A DNA stretch of 62,235 bases from Candidatus Magasanikiibacteriota bacterium (GCA_036744835.1 DAIOHD010000001.1:810447-872681), one strand, 5' to 3'. Counted from the stretch's first letter, positions 37,676 through 46,859 are shown. Notes: generated by a model not told the origin, from the letters alone. A program made the numbers and translations.

Positions 37676-38728
37676 ATGGATTTTGCTAAAATTCGCAACC
37701 TTATTTTTTTAGGAACTCTCTTGTTGGTCACTTTGAGCTTCCTTTATATTATTCGCCCTTTTATTTATCCTATTTTTTGGGCAGCAGTTTTTGCAGCGCT
37801 ATTTTATCCGCTTTATAAAAAACTAAATACAAAATTAAAAACTCCAAATTTGAGCGCTACTCTAACATTACTTGTAACTGTTTTTGCCATTGCCATACCA
37901 CTGTTTATTTTCGGGACAATTTTGATAACTCAGTCGGTGGATATTTACAACAAAGTTAGTAATAACCAAGATCAGATTTCTTCTTTTCTAACTCAAGCGA
38001 CTGAAACTATCAAAAACAATCGTTTTACTGCCAGGTTTAATTTTGATGAAAATTTTTGGGTAGAAAAATTTTCCGAAGGTGCCAAATTTGTCACTTCTTA
38101 TATTTTTACCAACATTACAAAAATAACTCAAAACTCTATTATCTTTTTTACCATGGTTTTGATAATGCTTTATACTCTTTATTTCTTTTTACGCGATGGA
38201 GAAAAAATCCTCAAAACTTTGATGCACCTTTGTCCTTTGGGGGATAAGTATGAAAAAATACTTTTTGAAAAATTTACTAATACGGCTTTGGGGACTCTCA
38301 AGGGCGTAGCAATCGTTGGGGGCTTACAAGCAGGGCTAGGAGCTTTGGCATTTTTTATCGCCGGTTTGCAAGGCGCTCTCATTTGGGGTTTGATAATGTT
38401 TGTTTTGACCCTTTTACCGGCTTTTGGCTGTAGCTTGGTTTGGTTCCCAGCAGGCTTACTTCTACTTTTATCAGGTAAAGTTTGGCAAGGAATTTTTATG
38501 TTATCTTTTGGAGTCTTTGTTATTAGCACGGTTGATAATCTACTGCGCCCTATCATTGTCGGCAGAGAAGCACAGATGCATCCACTGCTTATTCTTTTTT
38601 CCATGCTTGGCGGTATCGTAGTTTTTGGACCTTCTGGATTTATTATCGGACCTATTATCGCTTCATTGCTTTTGGCTTTTTGGGAAATGTATGATGAGTA
38701 TTATAGGGAACAGTTGGATAATAATTAG
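37676..38728 (+). CDS. AI-2E family transporter
   Basis: YFFLRDG, VDNLLRP, MHPLLILFSMLGG...FGPSGFIIGPII. Confidence 0.92.
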   Translation: MDFAKIRNLIFLGTLLLVTLSFLYIIRPFIYPIFWAAVFAALFYPLYKKLNTKLKTPNLSATLTLLVTVFAIAIPLFIFGTILITQSVDIYNKVSNNQDQISSFLTQATETIKNNRFTARFNFDENFWVEKFSEGAKFVTSYIFTNITKITQNSIIFFTMVLIMLYTLYFFLRDGEKILKTLMHLCPLGDKYEKILFEKFTNTALGTLKGVAIVGGLQAGLGALAFFIAGLQGALIWGLIMFVLTLLPAFGCSLVWFPAGLLLLLSGKVWQGIFMLSFGVFVISTVDNLLRPIIVGREAQMHPLLILFSMLGGIVVFGPSGFIIGPIIASLLLAFWEMYDEYYREQLDNN

Positions 38729-38750
38729 TAGATGAGATTATAAATAAATA

Positions 38751-38784
38751 AAAAAAACCCGCCCTTAAATAAGGGCGGGTTTTT
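38751..38784. terminator. Bidirectional terminator
   Basis: AAAAAAACCCGCCCTT-AAAT-AAGGGCGGGTTTTT. Confidence 0.85.
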
Positions 38785-38939
38785 GTTGCGGGACTCGGAC
38801 TTGGTCGCGACTAAAATTTTCTTCCGAAAATTTTGTCTAACCACCGCCTCCCGATTGCGCTCGCTCATCTGCGTCGCGCAATATCGGTCCGGTGTTCAAG
38901 TCCTAAAAAGCAACACAAATTATTGTGTTGCTTTGTTTG
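38782..38939 (-). mobile_element. tRNA-linked structured cassette (fMet copy)
   Basis: 21-bp direct copy of the tRNA 3' end (38782-38802 = 38936-38956), 10-bp perfect inverted T-arm (38894-38903), 36-nt block identical to the Ala cassette. Confidence 0.8.
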
Positions 38940-39012
38940 TTGCGGGACTCGGACTTGAACCGAGAACCTCCAGGTTATGGGCCTGGCGAGCTGCCAATTG
39001 CTCTATCCCGCT
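38940..39012 (-). tRNA. Initiator-type tRNA-Met(CAT)
   Basis: Unpaired 1:72 (A/A), GAGCA..GCTC D arm as in fMet, CCAGG-CC CAT AA-CCTGG. Confidence 0.9.
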
Positions 39013-39022
39013 GTATGGCTCG

Positions 39023-39096
39023 AGCGGTAGACCGGATTCGAACCGGCGACCTTCTCCTTGGCAAGGAGACATTCTAGCCAACTGAACTACTACCGC
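39023..39096 (-). tRNA. tRNA-Gly(GCC)
   Basis: GCGGTAG/CTACCGC, U73, TCTCC-TT GCC AA-GGAGA. Confidence 0.95.
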
Positions 39097-39109
39097 ATTT
39101 TGTAAAATG

Positions 39110-39138
39110 ATTATAGTAATTTTTTTTTCTTTTGTCAA
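39110..39138 (-). promoter_or_regulatory. Consensus sigma70 promoter of the tRNA-Gly/fMet unit
   Basis: TTGACA-17-TATAAT. Confidence 0.85.
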
Positions 39139-39269
39139 GCTTATAAAAAATCATCCTTCTTTTAAATAAAATTTATTTTTAAAAAAAATAATGAATATAT
39201 AGCATAAACAATCAAATTTTTAATTAAGGAATTTACGCTAATTATATCTACCAATATTTAGCGCCTAAC

Positions 39270-39298
39270 TTGACAAAAAGGCTAAAATGTGCTACAAT
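39270..39298 (+). promoter_or_regulatory. sigma70 promoter of the high-GC orphan
   Basis: TTGACA-17-TACAAT; the ORF-track TTG start at 39270 is actually this -35 box. Confidence 0.75.
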
Positions 39299-39341
39299 CA
39301 TATGTTTTGTACCTTTTAACAACGACCTGAGGAGGCACCAG

Positions 39342-40196
39342 ATGAAGACAAGACTTTTAAAAAACGGCCTTCCCTTTGACGGAAAAAGTCTGAAACTGGA
39401 AGACAAGCTGGCCCTAGAAGTTCAGCTGTTTGACCGGTTCAAGATCATGGTAAGCGTGGACAAACAGAAAAACATCCACGTTCTTCAACCGATCCGTGCA
39501 GAGGGCAAGGAGAATCTCTACCACATCGATATCGCCACCCAACTGGCTCATGTCGAAGGCATGCCATTCGTTTGTACCAAGTACCCGCAGAATAATCTGC
39601 GGATCGTGGTGCGCGACGGGCGTAACATCGTCATGACCGAGATCGCGGTCGTAGCCCATTACGGCGAGCTGTTCATCACCGAACAGGAGGTTCGTCGTGA
39701 AGAAATTGGCATCCATTGGGGTACGCTCATGGTTCCGGAACTCAACTGGCCGGCGCTCGACAAACTGATCAACGAAGACACGGCTGGCGCACGCAAACTC
39801 GGGATTACCAAACCCGAACAAAATTTGCGCCCGGTGTACAAGATCCCTGTCAAGCCAGAGGCAAAAATCCCAAAACTCGGTAACAACCAGGCATTCGTGC
39901 TCTGGTACAACAGAGCAATGGGTTGGGGTGCTGTCATGACCAATCTTGGCCAAGCCAGGATTCACTGGCACAACACCCCGATCAATAAAACCGACGGCAT
40001 GCGCGGTTTTGACGGTGGCGAGATAATCGAGTTCAGGAATCTCAAAGAGGTCAACAACAAAAACACTAAATTCAAAGCCGAAATCACCGGTGAGGTAAAG
40101 GTAGTTGACCTCCCGAAAGAAGAGGAAAAATCGGAACTTCCGCTCAAACAGGAAGAAGCCAGACCTCTGGAAAAAATCACAGGAGCCACGGCTTAG
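39342..40196 (+). CDS. High-GC hypothetical protein with C-terminal cold-shock-like OB fold
   Basis: SD AGGAGG before ATG 39342; FVLWYNRAMGWGAV...RIHW...GFDGGEIIEF resembles the CSD RNP1/RNP2 pattern; sampled lines 48-62% GC. Confidence 0.75.
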   Translation: MKTRLLKNGLPFDGKSLKLEDKLALEVQLFDRFKIMVSVDKQKNIHVLQPIRAEGKENLYHIDIATQLAHVEGMPFVCTKYPQNNLRIVVRDGRNIVMTEIAVVAHYGELFITEQEVRREEIGIHWGTLMVPELNWPALDKLINEDTAGARKLGITKPEQNLRPVYKIPVKPEAKIPKLGNNQAFVLWYNRAMGWGAVMTNLGQARIHWHNTPINKTDGMRGFDGGEIIEFRNLKEVNNKNTKFKAEITGEVKVVDLPKEEEKSELPLKQEEARPLEKITGATA

Positions 40197-40217
40197 GCTC
40201 CTCCGCTCATTCTTTCT

Positions 40218-40244
40218 GCCCCCGCATTCGCGGGGGCTTTTTTT
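40218..40244 (+). terminator. Intrinsic terminator
   Basis: GCCCCCGC-ATTC-GCGGGGGC-TTTTTTT. Confidence 0.9.
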
Positions 40245-40833
40245 ATTCAACTAAATCTGTACTTATATTTTCTTTCAAAGTTGTAGAAGAAAAAATATAA
40301 ATTTCCGTTCCCGGAGTAAAATAAACTATTTTTGTACCAGTGGTTTCAGTTTTTAAAATCAAACTGTTTTCATCCATTTTCAAAATTTCTCCTTGTAAAA
40401 ATCCCCCGCGCATAGTCACACCTTGTCTAGCACCTCCTAGCGTATTATCATCTCTCATAAAACTATTTTTTTCTTCGAAATCTCCCTCTTCTTCTTGTCT
40501 TTCTCTGATTTGTTCGAGTGTAGTACTAGGACGTTCAATTTTAGGCATTTCTCCAACCATAATTCTATTAGCATTAACACTGCCATCTTGATTGATTGAT
40601 CCCATTACCATGATTTTTTCTCCCAATTTCAAATCTTCTATATTTCCTTTTTCTCCCAAATTTTGCCAGGTACTACTAGTAAACATCCCTTGACCAGTTC
40701 CTCTATTTTGTCCGTTTCCAAAATTATTTTTTCCTTCGTTCATTTTAAAATTATTTTCTTTTTTTAATCCGCAACCAGAAAAAATAATTGTACTAACCAA
40801 CAAAATAGAAACAAAAAATATTTTTTTATTCAT
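40243..40833 (-). CDS. Lipoprotein with DUF5666-like small beta domains
   Basis: Lipobox IFSG-C; DLKLGEKIMVMG...DGSVNA; GEILKMD...TPGTEI. Confidence 0.7.
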   Translation of the reverse strand: MNKKIFFVSILLVSTIIFSGCGLKKENNFKMNEGKNNFGNGQNRGTGQGMFTSSTWQNLGEKGNIEDLKLGEKIMVMGSINQDGSVNANRIMVGEMPKIERPSTTLEQIRERQEEEGDFEEKNSFMRDDNTLGGARQGVTMRGGFLQGEILKMDENSLILKTETTGTKIVYFTPGTEIYIFSSTTLKENISTDLVE

Positions 40834-40882
40834 AATTTCTTTTTTAATTTTAAATATTAAATTTTAAATGTTAAATATTTTT

Positions 40883-42097
40883 TTATTGATAACGCAGTGC
40901 ATCTATTGGGTCAAGTTTGGCCGCACGACGAGCAGGATAATAACCAAAAACTATTCCGATAAGCGCTGCCACTGCAAATGACATTACCACCGACCAAGTT
41001 GTGACTGCCGTGGTAATACTGAAAAAATTTTTCATCACCCAAGATGATAGCCAACCGATAATTATCCCGATAATCCCCCCAAAAAAAGTCAGGGTCACAG
41101 CTTCGGATAAAAATTGAGCGGTAATTTCTTTGTTAGTCGCTCCAAGCGATTTACGCAAACCTATCTCTCTGGTTCTCTCAGTCACAGTAGTTAACATCAT
41201 ATTCATAATTCCAATACCTCCAACAATCAAAGAAATACCAGCAATAGCTGCCAAAAGCATAGTCATAGTATCAGTGACTTCTGTCATGGTAGAAAGCATA
41301 TCGGCTTGATTCATAATACTAAAATCCGCATTAGTTGCATCAGCTATTTTATGTCTTTCCAAAAGTAAAGCCGAAATTTCAGCTTGTACAATATTCATCA
41401 AATCAGCATCACTAACTTGAACATTTATATTATTCAAACCTCCATTGCCCGTGATATATTGTTGAGCTGTCCCAAGAGGAATATAAATCAAATCATCCAT
41501 ACTACCCATCCCCGTACCTCCTTTGGCTTTTGTGACACCAACAACGGTAAATTCTTGTCCATCAATTCTGATTTTTTGTCCGACTGGATCAGTATTTTCA
41601 CCAAACAATGTGTCTCTGGTGGTTGGACCTAAAATCGCCACTTTATTTTTACTTTTAAGTTGAGCAACAGTAAAATTACTTCCCAATTCTATCTCAATAC
41701 TTTTGATAGAAAAATAATTATCATCAATTCCATTGACACTGGAGTTAGTATTGCCGCCTTTAACGGTTATTTGCTTACGCGAATTAACAGTTGGAGCCAC
41801 AAAATCAACACCACTGATTTGTTTAATCGCTTCCGCATCACTCAATACAAGGGTTTGTGCTGAACCCATCCCACCGCGAACCATCTGCCCACGTTGCGAA
41901 CCCGGAGATATGGTTAAAAGATTTGTACCCAAAGAACTAACCCTATCAGTAATAGACTTGGCTGATCCTTGACCAACAGAAATCATTGCAATAACTGAGG
42001 CGATACCAATGACAATGCCCAAAATAGTCAAAGCCGAACGTGATTTGTTGGCTGATAAAGAAAAAAATGTTTCTTCGAAAATGTCGCCGATAAGCAT
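40883..42097 (-). CDS. MacB/FtsX-family ABC permease
   Basis: RSALTILGIVIGIASV, GGIGIMNMML..VTERTREIGLRKSLGA, PARRAAKLDPIDALR. Confidence 0.93.
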   Translation of the reverse strand: MLIGDIFEETFFSLSANKSRSALTILGIVIGIASVIAMISVGQGSAKSITDRVSSLGTNLLTISPGSQRGQMVRGGMGSAQTLVLSDAEAIKQISGVDFVAPTVNSRKQITVKGGNTNSSVNGIDDNYFSIKSIEIELGSNFTVAQLKSKNKVAILGPTTRDTLFGENTDPVGQKIRIDGQEFTVVGVTKAKGGTGMGSMDDLIYIPLGTAQQYITGNGGLNNINVQVSDADLMNIVQAEISALLLERHKIADATNADFSIMNQADMLSTMTEVTDTMTMLLAAIAGISLIVGGIGIMNMMLTTVTERTREIGLRKSLGATNKEITAQFLSEAVTLTFFGGIIGIIIGWLSSWVMKNFFSITTAVTTWSVVMSFAVAALIGIVFGYYPARRAAKLDPIDALRYQ

Positions 42098-42107
42098 ATT
42101 TCAAATC

Positions 42108-42794
42108 TTATTGTTTTTTATCAGAAATTATTTCCCCGTCTTTTATTTCTATGATCCTATCGGTTTGCTCTGCTACATATTTATCATGAGTAATGATGAT
42201 TATTGTTTTACCTTCTTCTTTGTTTATTTTTTTAAAAGTTTCCAAAATTATATGCCCTGTTTTGGAATCCAGGTTTCCAGTGGGTTCATCAGCTAAAATA
42301 ATATCCGGATTACTTACCAAAGCGCGAGCTATGGCCACTCTTTGCATTTGACCGCCAGATAATTCATTGCTCCTGTGATTCCATCTATCCTCTTCTAAAT
42401 TTACAGAAACCAAAGCATCTTGCGCTCTTTTTTCTCTTTCTTTTTTACTTATTTTTTGGTTATAAATCATCGGTAATATAACATTACGCAACACCGTAGA
42501 GCGAGAAAGTAAATTGAAAGATTGAAAAACAAAACCTATTTTTTCCGCACGAATTTTGGCAATTTCATCATCGTTTAGATCAAGCACATTTTGTCCATCC
42601 AAAAAATAATTTCCACTAATCGGTTTATCCAAAGCGCCTAAAATATTCATCAAGGTAGATTTACCCGAACCGCTTGGTCCCATTATCGCTACAAACTCAC
42701 CTTTGGCTATTTCAAAATTTATACTTTTAAGCACAGGAACAAAATTTGTTCCCACTTTATAAGCCTGATTTATATTTTCACATTTGATAAGCAT
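42108..42794 (-). CDS. ABC transporter ATP-binding protein (LolD/MacB-type)
   Basis: GPSGSGKST, LSGGQMQRVAIARAL, ADEPTGNLD. Confidence 0.95.
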   Translation of the reverse strand: MLIKCENINQAYKVGTNFVPVLKSINFEIAKGEFVAIMGPSGSGKSTLMNILGALDKPISGNYFLDGQNVLDLNDDEIAKIRAEKIGFVFQSFNLLSRSTVLRNVILPMIYNQKISKKEREKRAQDALVSVNLEEDRWNHRSNELSGGQMQRVAIARALVSNPDIILADEPTGNLDSKTGHIILETFKKINKEEGKTIIIITHDKYVAEQTDRIIEIKDGEIISDKKQ

Positions 42795-42802
42795 AAATTT
42801 TA

Positions 42803-44554
42803 TTATGGCATCATCATCCTCATTTGCCCACCACCAAAATTATTTGTTTTATTGGCTGTGTTGTTTGTGGTGATGTTTTGAGAAACACTCACGATTTGCG
42901 AAATTATTTCTTCTCCTACCTCCAATCCGGAAATTATTTCTGTCATTGTATCATTACTATCACCTACAACTACTATTTTTCTATTCAAAATATCATTATT
43001 TAAAATTTCCACATAACTTTGATTATTTTGCGTTTTTATCGCCGAATTTTTTACCATCAAAACATCCTGTTTTACTGAAATAGTAATATTGGCAGTCACA
43101 GTCATCCCTGTTTTTACTCTATCATCTTGTGTGTCAAAAATAATTTTTATATTATAACTTACTACTCCCTGACTAACCGTGCCCAAAGCATCTACTTCGG
43201 CCACTTCGCCGGTAATAGTCAAATCTTCAATCGCATCAAAAGTCAAAATAACTTTTTGACCGACTTTCACTTTAGCAGCATCAACCTCGTTCAAAGTAAT
43301 TGTCGCTACTTTCTGTTTGGTAATGATAGTGCCCGCAGTTGCTCCAGAAGACAATGTATCTCCCTTTTTAACACTGAACGAAGCCATCACCCCATCAAAC
43401 GGCGCGTAAACATAATAATTAACCAATTTTTCTTTGGCATCTAATAATGAATTTTCTTTTTGTTTGAGAGATATTTTTTGAGTTTCAATATCCAGTGCAT
43501 CATTTCCATCTTTTAATTTTGCCAAAGAAATTTTCTTTTCTTCTATGGAACGACCAGAACTTTCAATACTGGTTTTGGCACTTTCAATACTGTTTTTGAT
43601 CTGAAGCAAAGAAGATAAGTGACTGTTCGTTTTTCCAGTATAAGTATCCAAAGAATTTTGATGCGTGTTCATCAAAGATGGGACATTAACTTTAAACTCG
43701 GCTTTACTCATAGCATCTTGAATAAAATCCACATAATTATTCATATTTTTCACCGTATCGGCCAAAGCTTTGACAGATTCATAAGTTTGCCAAATCATAT
43801 CCGAAATGGTGGAAGTATTTGAATCACGAGAAGTATTTTTGAAATCTTCAAAATTCTTATCATAGTTTGTTCTGGCTATTTCATAAGCATCCAGAATATC
43901 TTGGCGATAAGCTTTAATTTTTAATTCATTTATATAATCATAAGAAAGCCCTTGGTTCAAATACCAATCGATATTGGCTTGATATTTTTCAAAATCATTA
44001 TCAAAAATCATTTCTTTCATGCCGGAAATAATTCCCGGTAATTCCAAAAATACACCGGAAACAGTATTGAAACCGTCATCGTAATATTTTTTCAAATTAT
44101 CTTGCGTTTGATGTAAATTTTCCTGTGCTTGTAAAAGAGAATTTTCCGCTTGCAAAACAGTTAATTCGTCTGTTGGCGCCATAAATTTTTCATAAGCTAT
44201 TTGCGCGCTTCGCAAAGATGTTTCTACATCACGAACAGTTTTTAAAGCATCGGTGGCATTCAAAGAAACAAGCAACGTTCCAGCTTTAACTTCTTGTCCG
44301 GCTTTTACTCCAACATAAATTACTTCTCCGCTAGCTTTAGTTTTGAGATCAACTTGGGCTTCAGAAGACACTTGTCCTGTGCCAGAAAGCGAAGAAATCA
44401 AAGTTCCTTTTTCCACTTTGGTGGTAATATATCTAATTTCAGTTTCCACTGAAAACCATTTTTGATAAGACCAATACCCACTTCCACCTAAAATCACAAT
44501 TGCTACCAGAGCAATGAACTTATGTTTCAAAATGTATGTCAATATTTTTTTCAT
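42803..44554 (-). CDS. MacA/HlyD-like membrane fusion protein with long coiled coil
   Basis: N-terminal TM; VKAGQEVKAG lipoyl half, long helical insert, YAPFDGV, beta-barrel and membrane-proximal domains. Confidence 0.88.
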   Translation of the reverse strand: MKKILTYILKHKFIALVAIVILGGSGYWSYQKWFSVETEIRYITTKVEKGTLISSLSGTGQVSSEAQVDLKTKASGEVIYVGVKAGQEVKAGTLLVSLNATDALKTVRDVETSLRSAQIAYEKFMAPTDELTVLQAENSLLQAQENLHQTQDNLKKYYDDGFNTVSGVFLELPGIISGMKEMIFDNDFEKYQANIDWYLNQGLSYDYINELKIKAYRQDILDAYEIARTNYDKNFEDFKNTSRDSNTSTISDMIWQTYESVKALADTVKNMNNYVDFIQDAMSKAEFKVNVPSLMNTHQNSLDTYTGKTNSHLSSLLQIKNSIESAKTSIESSGRSIEEKKISLAKLKDGNDALDIETQKISLKQKENSLLDAKEKLVNYYVYAPFDGVMASFSVKKGDTLSSGATAGTIITKQKVATITLNEVDAAKVKVGQKVILTFDAIEDLTITGEVAEVDALGTVSQGVVSYNIKIIFDTQDDRVKTGMTVTANITISVKQDVLMVKNSAIKTQNNQSYVEILNNDILNRKIVVVGDSNDTMTEIISGLEVGEEIISQIVSVSQNITTNNTANKTNNFGGGQMRMMMP

Positions 44555-44690
44555 AAATGAAATGAGTGAATAAAATAAATTTAATTAATTTATTTTTGAA
44601 CGAATGGGTCTATATCCTTACAAAGTAATGGATATAAATGAAATGAATGAATAAAATAGATTTGTTTACAAAGATATTTTTGAACGAATG
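44554..44690. repeat. Two tandem copies of a 53-56 bp hairpin-bearing repeat
   Basis: TAAATGAAATGA(G/A)TGAATAAAATA-[variable hairpin]-TATTTTTGAACGAATG at 44554-44606 and 44635-44690. Confidence 0.75.
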
Positions 44691-44794
44691 AAATTTATAT
44701 CTCCTGTGAAACGGTGGATATAAAAATTTATTTAAGAAAATTTTAGAACCCCGTTCCAAAAAATTTGAACCGGGGTAACTAAACATTCCTTTTT

Positions 44795-45271
44795 TTAATT
44801 TTTTACTGTTTCGCTTTGTTGCATCGGACAATTTTTATTCATCCCTTTTCCACCCCTACCTATACCTTTCATTGCCTGTCTTTTTTCACTCATTTCTTGC
44901 ATATGTTTAATACGAGCATCAGCTTGCGCTTGGGTGATTTTCCCTTGACTTACCAAATTTTGCAAAAAAGTTTTTTGTTGTTCCTGTCTTTGTGTTTGCA
45001 TTTTAGTTCGCATTTCTTCTTCACTAATTCCCTTTTCTTTTGCCAAATCTCTGAGACTTTTACCTTCCGCCCAAGCAGCTTTTACTTCGTCTTCTGAAAC
45101 TCCAATTATTTTAGCGTTTTGAGCGATTTTTTCTTCCCAATTTTTGGTTTGTGTAACTATATCATCTCCGGCTTTGAAAAAACCTTTTCCATCAAAAGCG
45201 GAAACACTGTCGGCAGTAAACAAAATAGTCAAAGCCAAAAGAGGTAGTATTACTAAGAATTTTTTATTCAT
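44795..45271 (-). CDS. Secreted helical hypothetical protein
   Basis: Signal peptide; GKSLRDLAKEKGISEEE, LVSQGKITQAQAD helical motifs. Confidence 0.75.
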   Translation of the reverse strand: MNKKFLVILPLLALTILFTADSVSAFDGKGFFKAGDDIVTQTKNWEEKIAQNAKIIGVSEDEVKAAWAEGKSLRDLAKEKGISEEEMRTKMQTQRQEQQKTFLQNLVSQGKITQAQADARIKHMQEMSEKRQAMKGIGRGGKGMNKNCPMQQSETVKN

Positions 45272-45310
45272 AGATATTTTAAATTAGATAAATTAATGGG
45301 CCCTTCTGAT

Positions 45311-45342
45311 AATAATACAATCGAAATATTAAAAATATTTCA
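45311..45342 (-). promoter_or_regulatory. Putative ECF-sigma promoter
   Basis: TGAAAT-N16-TTGTATTATT, same geometry as 46791-46822. Confidence 0.7.
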
Positions 45343-45388
45343 TTTAAAAAACCGCCCCAATAAATAGAGCGGTTATTTAAAAATTTTT

Positions 45389-46231
45389 TTACCAACACCT
45401 GGTTTGGCAAGAAGAGGTAGTTTCGCCTTCATTTATACAATCAAACAAACATCTTTTTTGCGGATCTAAAAAACCGGGCTTTTCTCTTCTCTCAAAAGAC
45501 CCAAATTTATCGTTGATTCCTCTACGCAACATAGGCATTTCTTCCTCATTAATAACCTTAATTTTTTCTACCAAAAAAACATTCTTTTCCTCTTTTTCAC
45601 CAACCGCCATCACAAACGAACCTTCCTTCAGAGTAATACTAGTATAATCCACTTTATTCAAATCTAGTTTTTGTATCCCCAACGGAGTTTGAATATTAAC
45701 AAAGTTTTCTCCAATCTCTATAATTCTACCGGCGGTTCCATTTTCTTTATTAATAAATTCTTGATGAATAAGTGGACGAAAAAATCTTTCCGGACCTATT
45801 CTTTTGTAACTTCTTTCTTCCAATCTTTGGATTAAATTAGTAAAAGTTAATATTATCCCCACCAAAAAAATAAAACTAACCATTCCAATAGCCAAATAGC
45901 CAAAAGGTTTTTGGTATAACACCCCACTTTTTTTCAAAATAACTCCAGCTATAAAAATAGAGATAATCAAACTAACCAACAATAAATAAGGAAAAGTTTC
46001 CAGAAAAGCGAATAAACCGCGACTACCAAAACTCAAATAAATCAAATTATCCGAAGATTTCAAATAAAAAAACAGTAATGCCAAAAATAAAACCGCCAAC
46101 AAAACACTAAAAACAAAAGCACTGCCTATACCAAGTTTTTCTGCCAAAAAAATATAGCGAGAACGAAGTTTGACTTTCCCGCTTTTTATTTGCGACATTA
46201 TTTTTTCTTCAATATTATTTTTGATGTTCAT
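45389..46231 (-). CDS. Putative membrane anti-sigma factor
   Basis: 4-bp overlap with the ECF sigma stop; basic N-terminus, three TM, extracellular OB-like domain. Confidence 0.65.
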   Translation of the reverse strand: MNIKNNIEEKIMSQIKSGKVKLRSRYIFLAEKLGIGSAFVFSVLLAVLFLALLFFYLKSSDNLIYLSFGSRGLFAFLETFPYLLLVSLIISIFIAGVILKKSGVLYQKPFGYLAIGMVSFIFLVGIILTFTNLIQRLEERSYKRIGPERFFRPLIHQEFINKENGTAGRIIEIGENFVNIQTPLGIQKLDLNKVDYTSITLKEGSFVMAVGEKEEKNVFLVEKIKVINEEEMPMLRRGINDKFGSFERREKPGFLDPQKRCLFDCINEGETTSSCQTRCW

Positions 46232-46785
46232 ATTTTTTCACTTTTTAAAATTTCTTTTAAAGCTTTTTTGCCTCGCAAAATAAATATCCCGACTGTACTG
46301 CGAGGAATTTGTAAAATATCTCCGATTTCTTCATAAGTTTTCTGTTCAAAAAAATAAAGCAGCAAAGCTTCACGATATTTGTCTTTTATTTTTAAAAGAC
46401 CTTTTTCTATTTTTGTTTTTAAAATTTTTGAATCCAGTTTTTCATCAAGATCTATTTTTTCATCCACAATCTCCCATTCTTTCTCATCCAAAGAAAGAGA
46501 TTCCTTTTTGTATTTTTTTAGATAATTTAATGCCTCATTATGGGCTATGCGGTAAAGCCAAGGAGAAAATCTACGACCAGCGTCAAAATCATAAAGATTG
46601 CGGTAAGCTTTAATAAAAACCAGCTGCATTACATCTTGGCGATCGTCATAATCTTTAATAAAATTACACAAATAATGCCCTATTTTGACAGAATAGCGCC
46701 TAATAATCTCGCTGTATAGCTCTTTGTCTTTTTCTCTGACCGCTACAACCAATTGTTCATCGGTCAAATCAAGTTTTGCAGTCAT
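46228..46785 (-). CDS. ECF RNA polymerase sigma factor
   Basis: DVMQLVFIKAY, FSPWLYRIAHN (region 2); YEEIGDILQIPRSTV (region 4); start moved from TTG 46800 to ATG 46785. Confidence 0.93.
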   Translation of the reverse strand: MTAKLDLTDEQLVVAVREKDKELYSEIIRRYSVKIGHYLCNFIKDYDDRQDVMQLVFIKAYRNLYDFDAGRRFSPWLYRIAHNEALNYLKKYKKESLSLDEKEWEIVDEKIDLDEKLDSKILKTKIEKGLLKIKDKYREALLLYFFEQKTYEEIGDILQIPRSTVGIFILRGKKALKEILKSEKI

Positions 46786-46790
46786 ATCTA

Positions 46791-46822
46791 AATAATACAA
46801 TTTAACAGGGCAAAATATTTCA
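46791..46822 (-). promoter_or_regulatory. Putative autoregulatory ECF promoter
   Basis: TGAAAT-N16-TTGTATTATT ending about 5 nt before the sigma ATG. Confidence 0.7.
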
Positions 46823-46859
46823 AAAAAAATTAAACCCCGGCTGACCGGGGTTTAAAAAT

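Noticed and set aside
38783-39138. ORFs 38783-39085(+), 38920-39138(-) and 56685-56936(+)
   Set aside because: They run through tRNA genes and cassettes; their shared peptide (QNFRKKIL) only reflects the non-coding repeat.
39414-40250. 278-aa antisense ORF
   Set aside because: Shadow frame of the GC-rich plus-strand gene, which has promoter, SD and terminator; the antisense frame has none.
44554-44831. CRISPR array or 73-aa ORF in the repeat region
   Set aside because: Only two units with variable interiors, no cas genes in the window, and the ORF is low-complexity repeat translation.
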